A stretch of DNA of 63,997 bases, filler included, from Catajapyx aquilonaris (Eukaryota): the NCBI GenBank assembly GCA_000934665.2. It is 4 parts of 4 records of this genome, joined end to end, with 100 filler letters (N's around TTAATTAATTAA, not from the genome) between each part and the next. Parts side by side here need not be neighbours in the genome. Positions count along the whole stretch, not along the records: positions 48,187 to 63,997 come from JYFJ02007381.1; 3 more parts are not named here. The stretch is one strand, 5' to 3'. The notes beneath the pieces are model-generated. The model was not told the DNA's origin, did no database searches, and was given only the letters and a program-made list of their open reading frames with translations. Shown one piece after another: positions 61,611-63,997 of the stretch. Position numbers and translations under genes: made by a program. Numbering within the stretch: position 1 is the stretch's first letter; each line of letters starts with the position of its first letter.

Positions 61611-62943
61611 AAAAATCCCTACGGAATTGTAAAAAAAAGGAAAGTAAGATCTAAGTAACGGATAGAAATTACTGAAACAAGACTGGGCTGCGTAAGATCT
61701 TCAACCTTATGGATAACTGTAACCCAGAGATCTTACTTCCGCAATTTACACAATAATTAGATTTGTATCATGGTGATGATCAAAGCGTCTTTGTCCATCA
61801 GCCATTCACAAAAAGGGGGGGGGAGTGACCGGGGGTTGGGTTGGAACATACAGTTAGTCGTGGCACTTATTTTAAATTCGAAAACCTTAATATTTGAGTG
61901 TTGAACAGTATGTTATGTTGTAGCTCTGCCCAAATTATATCTTTTAAAAAGATGACACTAACTTAGCAAAAAGATGTCAGGAAACAGTGGGTGCTGACTT
62001 GAAGATGAGAGGAGATATTATGAACTATAGTGCAAGGGAGTCAGCAATCATCAAACACTTAACTTTATGTACTGTAGTTCCAAACACCCTCTGTGTGACC
62101 TGGGCAGCACTAAAATGTAAGTAAATGACATTGTTACAGGCATTGTTGTAGGGCTTTATCTAGGTTCAGCAAAATTGAAAAGTCACTAGAAGAAATCTAA
62201 TAAATACATGAATTGGTGTTGAATTACCTGATAAGTCACTATTTTAATGCAATTTTAAGAACTGGTTGCAGTGATAAATCCGGAAGAATTTCATCCGTGT
62301 TATTCAAATAGGACTAATCACTTGATTTGCATTTACTATCAATCATGAAACCAGCTCCATGAGCCTAGAATTTTCCAAATACTTCTTGAACCTCTTTCAA
62401 GGCTTACTAGTAGTATTATTTTGCATATGAGATGAGACAAGTGTGGAGCTTTCATTCCTAAAATGTTTGTTGAGAGATGAGACATTTATTCCCTATCATA
62501 ATAATGGATACCCCGTGATAGGCCCCTTGGGCCTCTTAGGGGATCATCTTTTAATAGACCGACTTTAATCATTTTGCCTGAAATGTGATGGATTTTGATA
62601 GTGGGAGGAAATGGGAGAACCCCGAGAAAACCCACGCGAACACGGAGAGAACCCATCGAAACTCTATCCACATAAGTATCCTCCGTCCGACCCGGGGATC
62701 GAGCTCGGGACCTTAGAGGTGGAAGGCTGCGGCGCTAACGACTCGGCCACCGTGTCGCCCCCATTTATTCCCTATTATAGCGCCATGGTTGGATATTCTG
62801 GGAACCAAACTTCTCCTATGCTATTAATAATGTTCCCTTTCCAGTTTCGCCAAACAAAAACTGGCTGGGAAATCGCATTTCCGCCTATGCACCAGGTCAA
62901 GGGCCAATGGACTTGGGTTCTGAAGATGATGAATGTCAAATAG
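57707..62943 (+). CDS. Fuca: Alpha-L-fucosidase (GH29), 451 aa with signal peptide, 4 coding exons
   Basis: join(57707-58154, 58304-58807, 58884-59188, 62845-62943), GT-AG, phases 1/1/0. Motifs [35 protein letters not shown] (nucleophile), [25 protein letters not shown] at 63294. Confidence 0.95.
59206..59417. mobile_element. PIF/Harbinger-type MITE
   Basis: TTA|AGGCCGGTATC...GATACCAGCCT|TTA. Confidence 0.7.
59490..59772 (-). mobile_element. tRNA-derived SINE, family A, full length
   Basis: Head with B box GGTTCGAATCCC and anticodon-like stem-loop TCCGA-CTGCTAA-TCGG; 12-bp TSD AAGTAGCTTAAT. Confidence 0.85.
59806..60289. mobile_element. Fold-back MITE, TA-flanked
   Basis: TA|GGCAGGTAAGTTATTAA...TTAATAACTTACCTGCC|TA. 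Confidence 0.85.
60292..61469. mobile_element. 1.2-kb fold-back MITE, Tc1/mariner type, with a short retroposon in its left arm
   Basis: TA|CAGGGTGGACGGAAAG...CTTTCCGTCCACCCTG|TA. Insert ~60387-60538 has a (CAA)n tract and TSD ACAAGCAGTTCTA. Confidence 0.9.
61548..61607. repeat. (TA)n microsatellite
   Basis: ~30 TA units. Confidence 0.95.
62497..62761 (-). mobile_element. tRNA-derived SINE, family B, full length
   Basis: tRNA-like head as at 13781-13872; 14-bp TSD CATTTATTCCCTAT (62483-62496, 62762-62775). Confidence 0.85.
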
Positions 62944-63997
62944 CAGCAGTACACAAAATACTGAACTGGTTTTTCAACTATATTTGTGCCATGTGATGTC
63001 GCATCACATGGCCTTTTGGCTTTATTATAATAATTTTGTAATGAAAAGTAGGCTACCTGAGTTGATGTTCAGGTACTCCTCTGTCATTTATCAAGTTTGG
63101 GTTATAATGATAAACATATGGTACCATTTCTACATTATCAGTTCTTTATTTCTTTTTACCCATTACTTAATTTTCCCACACATTTTCATTTTTAATGTAT
63201 TTTTTAAACTTTACATAACAACAACTGGGGAATGAAAAAAGTTTGGAATGAAAAATGATCACAATGAAAACCCCGTGACAATGATAGTTAAGCAATAAAT
63301 GGAGGTTCTGGAATTAATGGCAGTTGATGAAATGTGGAATAGGTGCTAAATGCAACATGTTAGTTAATTAAATGCCCTGTTCATAAACAGTGCCAACAAT
63401 AGTACAGATAAGGTAAGCATCTAATATGGACCATTGTTGGAAAAAAATGGAAACATATCTAACAGAGCATTGGACAGTGTCACCTTGGTGTGTCCTGCCT
63501 ATTATTGCCATGGCAAAGGGAAGACATTATTGCTTGAATGTGCAGAATACTACCCCAGTGCTCAGCATCAGTTGCATGTGTCAAAAAGGAGAGGAAAAAA
63601 GCATATGCAGGGAGTGCACTTGGGCTCATATGAAAGGGGTGTGTATTTGCGCATTAATATGCCTCAAAGAGGTAACTTTAAAATCCTCTTCTAAGATTGG
63701 GAACAATGTGCATTTGCACTCATCCCCCTTCTTCCCACAACCTGCTTCAGAATGTGACACATGCTCAATGCGTCTGCAACAATTGAAACAATGACAAAAA
63801 TAACAACCATCACAAAATTTCAGCTGATAAAAATTCTGCATAGAAACACTATTGCTAGGCATGCCTGTGTGCAGTAAGAAATATATTTAAAAATATCATC
63901 CAACAATATTCCTTCAGTATTGTTTTCAAGGTTTTGAGTCTACAGACACAAGCAATTCTGACCTCCCACTGCATCATTGCCAGGCAATAGTCAAAAT

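Noticed and set aside
63426..63862. Cys-rich ORFs downstream of the fucosidase
   Set aside because: No consistent motif or splice structure that I could support.

Overview
Eukaryotic, intron-containing genomic DNA, most likely arthropod/insect (inferred from gene and TE types; draft scaffold with N-gaps). (1) 1-15.6 kb: a head-to-tail minus-strand cluster of seven related C2H2 zinc-finger genes or gene parts (called ZF0-ZF6 here). They share one plan: a short exon 1, an acidic exon 2 with IKxE/VKxE and DDPLAITD motifs, and a single exon carrying all fingers. ZF1-ZF6 form three paralogue pairs, each with a damaged member. (2) 16-57 kb: a gene-poor field of fold-back MITEs, tRNA-derived SINEs and decayed Tc1/mariner, LINE, CACTA and Gypsy pieces, often nested. 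It includes a Gypsy element carrying an apparently foreign Gln/Ala/Lys/Pro-rich (histone-H1-tail-like) coding tract. (3) 57.7-62.9 kb: a complete plus-strand GH29 alpha-L-fucosidase gene with four coding exons. No CRISPR array, rRNA or convincing tRNA gene was seen. Exon and TE boundaries were read by eye, and TE family names are inferred from termini and TSDs only.
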